A stretch of 64,000 nucleotides of DNA from Octopus sinensis (GCF_006345805.1 NC_043003.1:18600001-18664000); one strand, 5' to 3'. Positions 1 to 11,486 are shown, counted from the first letter of the stretch. A program made the numbers and translations. The notes: generated by a model not told the origin, from the sequence alone.

Positions 1-152
1 ACAGAAACTGAAAGAAGCTTGTTGCATATATATGTGTATTGTTTGCACCACCCACCCCACTTGACAACTGGTGTTGGTGTGTTTATGGCCCTGTAACTTA
101 TTGGTTAAGCAAAAATCAAATGACACATGAGTTAGAATGTGTTTTCTTTCAT

Positions 153-380
153 ATTATTATTATTATGATTATTATTGAGTGAGAGAGAGAGCAGTGCATG
201 CCATCAAAGTGACACTGGTGTAAAATATATGAAGCCCAGTATACCTATCATGACTACCCATCCGATGAGGCTACACCAAGCACATGCATCACAACCAAAT
301 GTGCGCGACATGCTGATCTCATATCATGCTAAACAGCACATGACCTTGCAGGTGGGGCCCAGTTAGAATTTTCATCTGGT
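153..380 (-). mobile_element. 5'-truncated copy of the (AAT)n-associated ~555-bp element
   Basis: Reverse complement matches the 3' ~200 bp of 25823-26377. ATT repeats lie on both sides, and it sits between two SINE-A fragments. Confidence 0.85.
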
Positions 381-404
381 CATTATTATTATTATTATCA
401 TCAC

Positions 405-632
405 TGTGTGTGTATCTTGTTTGTCCCCCAGCCCACTTGACAACCAGTGTTGGTGTGTTTACGTCCCCGTAACTTAATATTTTGGCAAAAAGAGACCAAG
501 AGAACAAGTACCATACTCTAAAAAGAAGGCAAAAAAAAAGTTCTGAAGTTAATTCATTTGATTGAATTCTTCAAGGCAGTGCCCCAGCATGGCCACAGTC
601 TAATGACTGAAACAAGTAAAAGATAAAAAGAA
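405..632 (+). mobile_element. SINE family A, 3' half (another fragment at 1-115)
   Basis: tttgtccccc..cttgacaacc..gtgtttacgtccccgtaactta..ccccagcatggccacagtc..tgactgaaacaagtaaaag matches the full copy at 34980-35400. Confidence 0.85.
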
Positions 633-1052
633 GCACACACACCACACACAGAACTGAATCTGTCCCGGTGCTTTCAATGGGTTAATTAGCCACACGCTCA
701 GCAATAACATTATTCATCAGAGGGTAAACAGCAAAGCAATGACTGCGGCAAACATTTGCTTGAGAATAGCAAATGAATTAGACAAAAAAATATGAGAAAT
801 ACTCTCTTTGTGGAAGGCAAAACAAAAAGAAAGAAAAAAAGTATGGCTAAAATAGGCTTTGAACCAAACACAATACTGCCAGCAGAAACAATGAATTATA
901 ATCCCAAATAGCCACTAAAGTGATATCCAGTGAAAATCAGTCTGGAGCCAAAATGCACTGTATTAGTATTAAAAAAGAAGAAAAAAAAATCAATATTTAT
1001 GTTATTGGTGTTATTAAGGGTTCTTGTTTTCTATGCTCATCTTAACAGTTAC

Positions 1053-1070
1053 TTATACAACCGTATTTCC
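1053..1070 (-). CDS. PPFIA: Candidate 18-nt microexon of liprin-alpha, (R)EIRLY(N/K)
   Basis: ctcttcctgtttcattacag|GGAAATACGGTTGTATAA|gtaact. Phase 2-2 and stop-free when joined to exon 2964-3040. Confidence 0.5.
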   Translation of the reverse strand, partial: GNTVV

Positions 1071-2652
1071 CTGTAATGAAACAGGAAGAGAATGAAAACT
1101 GCAGAGACTACATACGAGAAACCAAATATGAAGTTTTAGATCTGTATTCAATTGTCATTGATTAAAAATTTTAAGTGCGCCTGGAAATGTGACTTTTACA
1201 ACAAACAGAGAAAGAAAATAAAATCAAAAAGTGTTCATGCACCCACTCAACTTTTGAGCTCTCTCTTTCTCTCACTCACTCACTCTCTCTCTCTCTCTCT
1301 CTCTCTATCTATTCCCAACTAATCTTTTTCCAATAATATTTTCTTGATATTCTAACTGAGAATATAGCTATGGAAAATATTAGCTGCAATATACATTGTA
1401 ACAAGTGTGGGTTAATCACCCTAGGGAGAAGAAAACTACACTTATTTGTTTTCCTATACAATATTGTTTCTGTTTTCTTTTTCTGCGTGTGCGTGCGTGC
1501 GCATGTGTGTGTGCGTGCGTGTGTGTTTGTTCCTTATTTTTGAAAAAATCTGCAAAGCAAATATGTGAATAGCATAATGCAAAAATGCAAGATTAATCAA
1601 CAGATAGCATCGGTTATTGTACTGGTATTATCATGAAATTGTATGTGGTATTATATAACTCAGTGAAGAGAAAACAATTTTCCTTCTCTATTCTTAGTTT
1701 AAGAGAGAGAGAGAGAGAGTGTGTGTGTGTGTGTGAGCGGAAGAGAGGTGAGCCACAGAATGAAGGTGTAGGTGTATCAAGTAGATTAATTTAGATCTAC
1801 TTTAACAGGTTTGTCACCTGCAGATACTGGATATTAAATTAATATTCCTTATTCAATTTCTGGCTTGGGATATCTTAAAAACTTAATGTATTTGTATACG
1901 ATATGATCAATCAAACTCTGGCAGATATTTTGATAATATTGAAGTTATAGCTTGCTCACAGCACATAAATAATTGAACAGTTTCTATTCTCTCATATATA
2001 TTTTTTTATAGTAATTTTACCTCAGCCACCCTCTCTCTCCTCAAATATATGGGGAGAGTCAGAAAAATAATTTTGCATATTTATCTAGTAAAAGTACCTA
2101 AATTATTAACACATCATCCACACATGAAAATACATGCATGATCACACCCTGTATTTAATGAAATTTGTTTGTCTTCTCAATGACAGTTTCACCAGATTAG
2201 TACCGGAATATTTCACATATATTGTTTAACATCATAGCTTTGATAAATATTTAAAACATGAAATTTAATACAAATTATAACTGAAGGATGCATGTAACCT
2301 ACTTTTAAAGATGAACATACATATACAAACATATGTACAGACAGATACATATGTACATACATACATACATACACCTAAACATTCTCAGGATCATGGAAAA
2401 GAGGGCAAAAGAAGCTGATGTGGATTCTCCAAACCCAATCTATAAGTGGCATAGTGAAGATTTGTAAGACATTTCAAAACTTTTCCATGTGAGCTTCTTA
2501 TGTGAATAGATGCACCAACAGCTCCCAACCCAACCGCATATTTACAAACACCAGGAGTTCTCTTAACTCAAAAAGTCTTGTTGCCTTGTTAGTGACCAGC
2601 CTGAACTCTCTCAAGAACTTAAACTGAAGGAAAAATTCATCATTGTTTGTAT

Positions 2653-2691
<39 letters not shown>

Positions 2692-2705
2692 GCTACCTGA
2701 ATTAA

Positions 2706-2927
2706 CCCTTTCGTTACCGTATTTATTTTGAGATACTCTGTGTTTCTTTCAATCAATTTTAAATATAACAAAGAATTTGGTGAAATAACTTAGTTATCAT
2801 TAAGCTAGTGTTAGGAACATAAATTGTGACTAAGGTTTGGCAGAAGATTTTAATTCAGAACTTATGAAAACAAGATATTTGTACTACAGAGCCAGAGCCA
2901 GTTTTGGCCAGGTTGGTAATAAAAGGG
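2706..2927. mobile_element. piggyBac-type MITE
   Basis: TTAA at 2702-2705 and 2928-2931. Terminal inverted repeats CCCTTTCGTTACC / GGTAATAAAAGGG (CCC...GGG termini plus TTAA target site). Confidence 0.85.
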
Positions 2928-2963
2928 TTAAATGTTTCCAGTTCTAAAGCTAAGCTCACTTAC

Positions 2964-3040
2964 CTTGAGAGTTGATCAAGTTGAACTCTCATGACTTCTA
3001 GCTCTTTCTTTGCTCTAGATAAATCATCGTAAGTTCTTTC
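2964..3040 (-). CDS. PPFIA: Liprin-alpha coding exon (ERTYDDLSRAKKELEVMRVQLDQLS + 2 nt)
   Basis: Acceptor aactttttag, donor AAG|gtaagt, 77 nt, phase 0-2. Open frame with coiled-coil-like composition, 404 nt downstream of the previous exon. Confidence 0.8.
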
Positions 3041-3234
3041 CTAAAAAGTTCAAAAGAAATTACAGAGAAAAATCAGAACTAATAATAAATCAAAGACACA
3101 AGGCTAATAAAAAGTAATTACAAATAAAGTTTAAAGTTCTGATAAGGAAAATACTTCTTTAAAATTTTTTTTTGTTTGTTTTTGCTTTACAGAAATTAAT
3201 CCATTAACAGAAAACATTTACTCATTGATTTCGC

Positions 3235-3271
<37 letters not shown>

Positions 3272-3444
3272 TTAATAAAACAATTACGTTTTAAAAATTA
3301 CCTTTGGATGACTGACAAACATCAGTGACATTTACTTTGCCCAAAATCAATAAAAATGATTAAGATTATTTCTAATTAAATAATTTTTCTAATAGCAGAA
3401 AACAATAATAATAATAATAATAATAAAACAAAACAGATTCTAAC

Positions 3445-3639
3445 CTTTTCACTTTGAGTTTCATCAAGCAACTTTCTGGTACGTTCTAACTCCTGTGTTA
3501 GTTGATTCTTTTCTTCTAGAGCTTGCATTCGTTCTTTAAGATGGAGCTGCAAACGCTCACTTGATTCCGTCAGCAGTTTATCAACTGTGGCAGAAAGACG
3601 TGCATTGTGGTCCTCATTCATTTTCTCTCTCTGACGTGC
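3445..3639 (-). CDS. PPFIA: Liprin-alpha coding exon (65 aa: [65 protein letters not shown])
   Basis: Acceptor ttttttcag, donor AAG|gttag, 195 nt, phase 0-0. Contains the hallmark [37 protein letters not shown] motif. Confidence 0.98.
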
Positions 3640-4204
3640 CTGAAAAAAGAGAATTGAAGTGTCAGTTTTATACTTATCATTTCAGTTCATACAAAAAAAC
3701 AAAAGAAAATTTTTAAAAACCCTTCCTTGTGTATTTGGAGGAACAATGACAAAAACAAAATTATGCACATAGAGAGATATCCTTCCATTTTCACCACCCA
3801 TGATTCCTGGCAGTCAAGGGGTAGCTCCAGAGAAACATTAAATAGAAAATGAACATTTGCAGAACAAATATTGGAATACAGTCGGCATGACCAAATTAAA
3901 TGTTTTAACAGCAAACAAACACCTGAATCCTAATTAACACATGGCTAAAATAAATAGGCTGCCAACAGACTTGCACCAATGAAATCTCCTGTGGCTGTTT
4001 TAAATAGAATTAATGGTTTCATGCACTTCTTCCACAGGGCCCAAATGGAAGCAACATTCATTTAAATTTCCAGCAAGATCCCCAAGCATGGCCAACTGAG
4101 TCTGGATATTATCCAGCCATCTTCACTAATTAGCAATATTCAAATAGAATTTAAGGATGAAACTCAGGCTACCATGGATGACAAATATAGAGTTCCTTAC
4201 ACAC

Positions 4205-4370
4205 ACAAGACAAATAAATATTCCTTTCTACTATAGGCACGGGGCTTGAAATTTTGGGGGAGGAGGACAGTAAATTACGTTGACCCCAATGTTCAACTGA
4301 TACTTATTTTATTGATTCCAAAGGATGAAAGACAAAGTCAATTGCAGTAGAATTAAGACGAATAAATATT
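4205..4370 (-). mobile_element. SINE family B fragment (alternative tail)
   Basis: gaccccaatgttcaactgatacttattt..aaaggatgaaagacaaagtc matches the reverse complement of the family B core. Confidence 0.7.
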
Positions 4371-5940
4371 GAAATTCACAAATACTTTCCTTTGTCAGAC
4401 CCCCTCCCCTCGATATATTAAATAATTACTGATTATATGTTTTGTATGTTTCTAGGCTACCAATCTAATTTGAATGAGAAATAATTAAATAAATAAAGTA
4501 CATAAAGTTTGATTCACATTCATATTTAATCCATGTCTTGATGTCATTCCCATTTTCTGCCAAACACGATTTTCAGCATAGAAACGGGAGTAATATAAAA
4601 ATCCATTTAGATAAAGCTAATGAATCTAGTTTATGTCAGTATTACCTAAATTTTTCAAATTACATCCTCCCAGCTGTTGGGGGAGAGCTCAATATTTCGA
4701 GTCAATAAATCATTTGTCAATTCTATTAAGAGGGGCGAACTGTGCCTGTGTGCGGTGTGGGTGGTTGACACAGAGTTAAACATCATCGCTAAGAAACTTA
4801 CTTTTGAACCAGAAACAAACTGCCAACCTTTCAGTCACCTATGGTTTGCTTATAGTGTATTATATGCCAAAGAATGTGGCATTTTATTAAGCTCAGAGGA
4901 AGCTAAACTAAAAAAAAAATTGATGCTTTATACAAGACACCGCTTTTTTAATGGATATACACTCCGTTTTCTCTGTGGAAAACCAGCATGATAACATATT
5001 CCTAGGAATAAACCAAGAAACAGTTGATGTAACAAGCTTCCTGTTGTTTATCATTGACTAACATACATTCTCATAAATGATGAATTTACCTAAAGAAATC
5101 ATTTAAATTACAATTAATAATTAACATACTAATGTTTTACTTTATTTACCTACCAATAAAGGATCAACATTCTATGCTAAAATATCCAAACACACTGATA
5201 TCAGCAACAGCATGGCAATAGTTTTGAAGAGAAGTTTCCAGAGAAACATTAAATAGAAAACACGAACATTTGTAGAACAAATATTGGAATACAGTCAGCA
5301 TAACCGAGTTATATGCATTAAAAGCGAACGAACACCTGGTTCCTAATCAACACATGGCAAAAATAAATAGGTTACCAACATACTTGCAACAATGAAATCT
5401 CCTGTGGGGTGTTTTAAACAGAATTAATGGTGCTTACTTTAATATTACAAATGCAAATCAAACAGCTTCTTAACAATGTACATCAGCGAAAGTGGTTAAC
5501 AGGCACACATTTTTAAAATGAATTGGAAACTAAGATAAAGAATTGATAAAAAAAAAAGTGAAGATTTTTTGTTAAAAAAAAGAGAAAATTAACTATATAA
5601 ATACAACATGAGGAAAGATATTGGATATTTTGTCTATATGGAGACTGACTTCTAGTTTTACACTATCAACAGATCAGTAGAGCTTAGAAGGGAGGGGGTC
5701 CTCCAGAATAAAAAGATAATTTAGCTTTAGCTAACATTTTATTGCATAACATTTAACTTCATTCATCTCTTGCTAGCAGAATGAAAAGAGAGAAAATATA
5801 CCAGCAAATGACAAAAATTTGGCCTCAGTTTATTTTTGTCTGACGAGGAAAAGTCAGAATATCAAAACTGGTTGTTTACTTCTATTCAAAAATTAAAAAC
5901 AAATTGACATAAAAAGAAGTGGGGAGGACAACATTTATAC

Positions 5941-6254
5941 TTTATGTACACTGTTTACATCAGTTGGAGTGGTACCTTTGTCTGATTGTTGCTTTCACTA
6001 CATTTCAGCTCCAGCCTTCTTCAGGTGTCTTGTGATTCACCTCCGTGTCCTGTCTAGGATTGGACACAGAACTTCTAAGTGACTGCACTGCATTGGTTAA
6101 TGCAGTACAGTCACCTAATGTTCACTCCCAAACAAGGCACTAAGGTGAATCACAAAACACCTGAGGAAAGCTGGGGTGTACAACAGCCAAAACATAGTGA
6201 AAGCAACAATCAAGATGAGGACATCACTCCGACTAATATAAAACATTATACATA
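5941..6254. mobile_element. Fold-back (inverted-repeat) element with hammerhead-like motifs, possibly derived from a Penelope-like element
   Basis: Arms ~5941-6042 and ~6143-6254 are reverse-complementary. Internal hairpins at 6045-6067 and 6079-6114. Each arm has a CTGANGA core followed by a GAAA-like segment. Confidence 0.6.
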
Positions 6255-6345
6255 ATATATATTCTTCATCTCACAAAACACAGAATTATGTTATTTATGT
6301 ATTTCTGTTCAAATAAGAAATCTTCAAACCAAAGAAGTTACTTAC

Positions 6346-6429
6346 TCTTTGTAATTCATTAGTTTGGTCAGTGAGACTTTGTTCCAGTGATAATAATTTT
6401 TCTTGGGCATTTCCATGTTGCTGCTCGGC
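6346..6429 (-). CDS. PPFIA: Liprin-alpha coding exon (28 aa: AEQQHGNAQEKLLSLEQSLTDQTNELQR)
   Basis: Acceptor ttttcag, donor AGA|gtaagt, 84 nt, phase 0-0. Same length and pattern as the vertebrate AEERHGNIEERL...ELQR segment. Not shown in the ORF track. Confidence 0.93.
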
Positions 6430-8357
6430 CTGAAAATAATATAAGAAAAAAACAAAAAAGGAAATTGAGATACATTAAAATAAATAGTTTACATTTTCTA
6501 ATTAGTCATGGCAATAGAGAAACATACCAGTAAAAATTCCAATATTTGGTTGTTGCTTTTTAAAGTTTAAAAAAATTTTTTTTTTTTAATAAAAAGCAAA
6601 CCTCCAGTGCACTTTTAATTGTTCTGATGTGATACAAAAATGCTGAAGCCTGTCTATAGCAATTAGTTAGAAACAAAGTTAAAACAAGAATTTAGTGTGT
6701 ATAGATGTATCTTTAAGAAAAGATTAAATATTTGTGTTATGCCCTTATATTACAGGTAATACTGAAAGAAAAGATTACAGGTTATTCAGTTATAAGAAAG
6801 AGAGTAAACTATTTAATTTGAGTTTCAAAGATTTATATACTATTAACTGAAAGTAATTTAATCTCCAAAACAACCACAGCAAAGTTGCTGTTGAACAACA
6901 ATGAAAAGAAAATCAACATCAAGAGTTTGGAGATGTGTTTGGAAATTTAAAATATCTAAATAAAGGGGAAGTGAATGTGGTGAGAGAGTACAATATAAGA
7001 AAAATGGTGAGAGACGTATGATAAAAGAGAACATGCGTGATATAATTGATTGCAAGGTTAACAATTTGTAAAGAAGAATGACAAACAAATATGATTAAAA
7101 AAAGAAAGGGTTTATGAAGGATAGAGAGGGAACATGCAGTAATAAGATGTTGGGGTTTAAACCAGGTACAAGTGGATGGTACAAAGTGTGATGGGTGGAG
7201 TTGAGGAGAGAAATATAGGGACAGCTTTCAAGAAATTAAAAGAAATGCAAAGACACAAAGAGGTGGTAGTATTGGCATCAAATGAGAGGCAGCATAGTGG
7301 AATAGAGATGGCATAAGATGGCTAAATTGAAAGGATAAAAGATTAGAATAGTGTTTCTCAATCATTTTTGCCCCATAGCTTTCTTAAAGAAAAAAAGCAT
7401 TTCACCATGAAAGGACAACTTTAGCGTCTAACACATATCTGGGAGCAGAATAAAATAAAAGATTTGGCTTGTCTTTTTATTATATATTCATAAATTACAT
7501 AATCTTTACAGGTGTTTCACTCGTAAATGCTCGTATGTTGTGGGATAATTGTTATGTAGGCAATTGCATAATCACATTGAAATGTCAGATCTCCAGAAGA
7601 AAATAATAATTAGATCACTAGCCACTACACATTCTTTACTTTCTCTCCTTGTTCCTTTCTGTGGAAGAGCATAGGCTCAAGACTTTTTCACTTAACCGAG
7701 CATTAAACTAATACATCTGTTTGTTGTCTACACCACCTGTCTTCATCTTTTGTTTTTTTGTGAGAATTCTCCCAATAAGAATTCAATCCATTGTTATTTA
7801 ATGATTAACAAACAACATATTAATATTTGCTAGTGAAATACACGTAAAGATTGTGTAATCAATGATGATATAATAACTAAATCTCCTGTTTTATTCTACA
7901 GTCAGATATATACAGTCTGTAAAGTATTCAAATGTATAGAGTATTGAAAGAAAATTGGAGGACAAATCATGTTTAATACTCTTTTGGAATTTGATCAAAT
8001 TTGAATTTCCATGGAGTACTAAGTATTAGTTAGCTGTGTTGCTATCTCATTTGAAATACATGTTTGTGTGTCTGTGTGTGTTCAAAAGAATTTTTAATTA
8101 AAGCCTTATTGCAGTGCCATGCCCAATTCTGAAGTAACCCAAGCCCCAAAGATGGGGTGTGCATCCTGCCTTGAGAAACACTGGATTATACGATGGAATA
8201 CAATAAGGAAAAAGATAAAAGACAGGAGTAGAGTTGAAAGATGAGAGAAATGAAGAAATTGAAAAAGCAAAGGAACAAAGCGAAACAAAAGATGAGACAG
8301 AGAAACTGATATAGTTGAGGGAGTTTAGAGAGTGAAAGATGATAAAGGAATTTAAAG

Positions 8358-8361
<4 letters not shown>

Positions 8362-8398
<37 letters not shown>

Positions 8399-8443
8399 AA
8401 GAGAGAGGAAAGAGAGAGAGAGGGAAAGAGAGAGAAAGAGAGA

Positions 8444-8517
<74 letters not shown>

Positions 8518-8520
8518 CTG
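8362..8520. repeat. (GA)n microsatellite within a purine-rich tract (~8200-8830)
   Basis: About 150 bp of near-pure AG repeat with gggaaa interruptions. Confidence 0.97.
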
Positions 8521-10699
8521 AGTACATGAAAGATACAGGAATTTTATAGAGTGAAAAGATACGAGGATGGGAAATTGCAGAGAGACAGACAAAGATGGAA
8601 GAATTTGAGGATATAGAATGAGTGGGAGAAAGTAAGAGTACATAATGTGTGGGAGAGTGGGTGAGAAAATGAAAGTAGAACAAGGAATCAGGAATAAAGA
8701 GTGATGAGATATGATGGATACAAAACAGGATATGAGAAAGAAGCAATGGGGAAGGAGAGAGAGATAGGGTGGGATGATAGAGATGGTGGAAAGGTAAAGT
8801 GTATGTGTTAGAAGAACAGTCAGGTTGAATGAGGAAGTGAAGGAGTTGAGTACAATGGTTATAACAGTACCGTGATACAATATAGTAAGATAATTAACAA
8901 ACACTGTTTACATGCACGCATACACACTGTCTGTCACTCACTCACGTACACAGTAGCATATAAAAGTTATCAGTTGATGGATTCCCCGCCCCCAACTTTT
9001 AAAGAGATCATGAGCAATGTTAATGATTGATTAAAGAGAAAATAAAATAAATAAATAAATCAAACAAGTTTATTTTTCTTTTGCTTAATTTAGTCAAACA
9101 AAAAACGAATATCTGTATATATATATATTTATAATATTAAATTAGTCTTTATATTTATTTACTCATTTATTAGCATATTTACTCAAACATGTCTTTTAAG
9201 TAGATTTCGGTTGGTAATTTTTAAATGAAGATGTAATTGATTATATTTAGGTGTTTGCACAATAGTCACACTTACATATACATATATAAACATATGTATA
9301 CACACACATATTAATAGTAAACAGCAGTAGTACGCAATGGTTCATCATCACATTTGACTGCAGCCACATGCATTCAAATGTGCTTCAGAAATGTCAAGAT
9401 GACGGGATGAACACGACGACGACGATGGACAACAAGTTACGTTTCTAAATAAACAGTTATTTAATGGCAAAGCAATGAAAACTGTTAACCTTGGAGAACA
9501 TATCTTCAGTGTGAAGATGAGTGATAACTGTGTTCAACAGTGGAGACAAGGGGTAGTCACAAGGTGAAAAATGTTTGGATAAAGAAATGAATTACAAATC
9601 AGACAATACATTAGTTGTGGGCTGTGCTACTGAATATATAGGTAGAAAAGGTGAGGTAGAACTGTTAAAAAACTTTTTATCAGAATTAACAGTGGGGTGG
9701 GACCATAGATATTATGTCAACTCTTAGAAAAAGAAAAAAAAGAAAAATAGCTAAGCTAACTGAAGCAGTTTGAGTCTTTAAAAGGATTTATTTACAAAAC
9801 TGGTTTCACGATTCAATGAGTTTGAAAAAAAGTACCACGAGGTAGAGGTGAGATAGTTATGCCATGGCTCAATGTTCCTCCATCTCCCACTACTTTTGAA
9901 AAACATGAAATGGTGAAACCAGTTAATAAGTCTTCTTAAAGACTCCAAGTGCATTTTCAACATCACACACACACACACACACACACACATACATACACAC
10001 GCACACACACAGAGCAAAAGTAAAAAGCCCCATAGCCTGGCATATAAAATATTATTTAGAAGAGAATAAATTAGAAAAAGTCAAAGTGGTTTTGGTGCAA
10101 CTATTGTTTGAATTTAACAAACAAATGAAGGGAGAACAGGCATCTGATGCATTAAAACTCACTTTATTTTCTACTCTCTCGTAATATATGGAAATAAGCT
10201 CTTTGAAGATTGCAGACAAATGCTCCAATCAAAAATGAAACCTGGGCTATGGGCCTATAATGAACATTGACTTGCTACGGTGTCAACTTGCAGCTGTTCC
10301 CAAAGATTATTAATGCTATTGATATCACTACTTTTTTGTGAGGGGACCATGAAGACTATCTGCATAACTCCTTCCATCAGAGCAAACCCTGGTAGTAATG
10401 ATGGGGGGGAGATAACTACTTTCTTTAAACAAAAGCCCCCAAACATTAGACTACAGGACTTTGCATAACTGAAAGGTTTATTAGCAAAAGCGACTTTACA
10501 GCTTTGGCTTGTAAAAGACAAAACATACTTTGATAAAATGTTCAAAGTTGTTGGAAAAGCTTTGTGATTAGATATTAGTGATGAAATCAAAAACAAAAGT
10601 AACAAAGGAATGGAAGCTCATGGCATTAATTTGAGAAAAAGAACCCCCAAAGCTATTAATAGGGTTTCTTCAGTCCCTTTAATGAGTTTTTCATGTCTT

Positions 10700-11089
10700 T
10701 TATCTTTTGTTTCAGGCATTAGATTGTGGCCATGCTGGGGCATTGCCTTGAAGAATTTTCAGTCAAACAAACTGACCCCATTACTTGTTTTGTTCTAAAG
10801 CTTTATTCTATTGGTCTCTTTTGCTGCACTGCTAAGTTACAGGGACATAAACATACTAACACTGGTTGTCAAGTGGGGATGGAGGGCAAACACAGATACA
10901 ACTACATACACGCACACACATGCATATGATGGGCTTTTTTCAGTTTCCATCTATCAAATCCACTCACTAGGTTTTGGTTGGCCTGAAACTATAGTAGAAG
11001 GCACTTGCCCAGGGTGTCACGCAGTGGGACTGAACCTAGAACCATATGGATGAGAAGCAAATTTCTTACCACATAGCCACTCCTATGCC
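10700..11089 (-). mobile_element. SINE family A, near full length
   Basis: tRNA-like head (gggactgaacc = reverse complement of a B-box-like GGTTCAGTCCC), internal CA/TA microsatellite, conserved tail. Confidence 0.9.
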
Positions 11090-11149
11090 TGATACCACAA
11101 TATCTGTATTTGGTATGCAGAAAGATACCTTGAGATGTTTTCTTTCAGC

Positions 11150-11486
11150 TATTCTTTTATTTGCTTCAGTCATTTGACTGTGGCCATGCTGGAGCACCGC
11201 CTTTTAGTCGAAGAAATCGACCTCAAGACTTATTCTTTGTAAGTCTGGTATTTATTATATCAGTCTCTTTTGCCAAACCAATAAATTACAGGGACAAACT
11301 GAGACACAAACACATACATACATTCACGATGGGCTTCATTCTGTTTCCGTCTGCCAAGTCCACTCACAAGGCTTTGGTAGCCTAACGCTATAGCAGAAGA
11401 CACTTGCCCAAGGTGCCACGCTGGGGACTGAACCCGGAACCATGTGATTAGGAAGGAAGCTTCTTACCACACAGTCACACCTATGC
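11150..11486 (-). mobile_element. SINE family A (adjacent to previous copy, same orientation)
   Basis: Same head, body and tail as the other copies. Confidence 0.9.

Noticed and set aside
640-790. Unique GC-richer segment with TAATTA, considered as the next liprin exon or an enhancer
   Set aside because: No acceptor/donor pair gives a phase-2 open exon, and an enhancer claim cannot be supported without conservation data.
8098-8904. 268-aa and 186-aa minus-strand ORFs
   Set aside because: These are LSLSLS/SLSL translations of the (CT)n purine-skewed tract. They have no splice signals or domain content.
9400-9445. Small CpG cluster
   Set aside because: Mostly a short (ACG)n microsatellite and too small to call regulatory.
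10255-10605. PSQKSSDINSINNLWEQL, resembling the Tc1 transposase motif WPSQSPDLNPIENLW
   Set aside because: A single short partial motif. I found no other DDE motifs or TIRs nearby, so it needs a profile search before any call.
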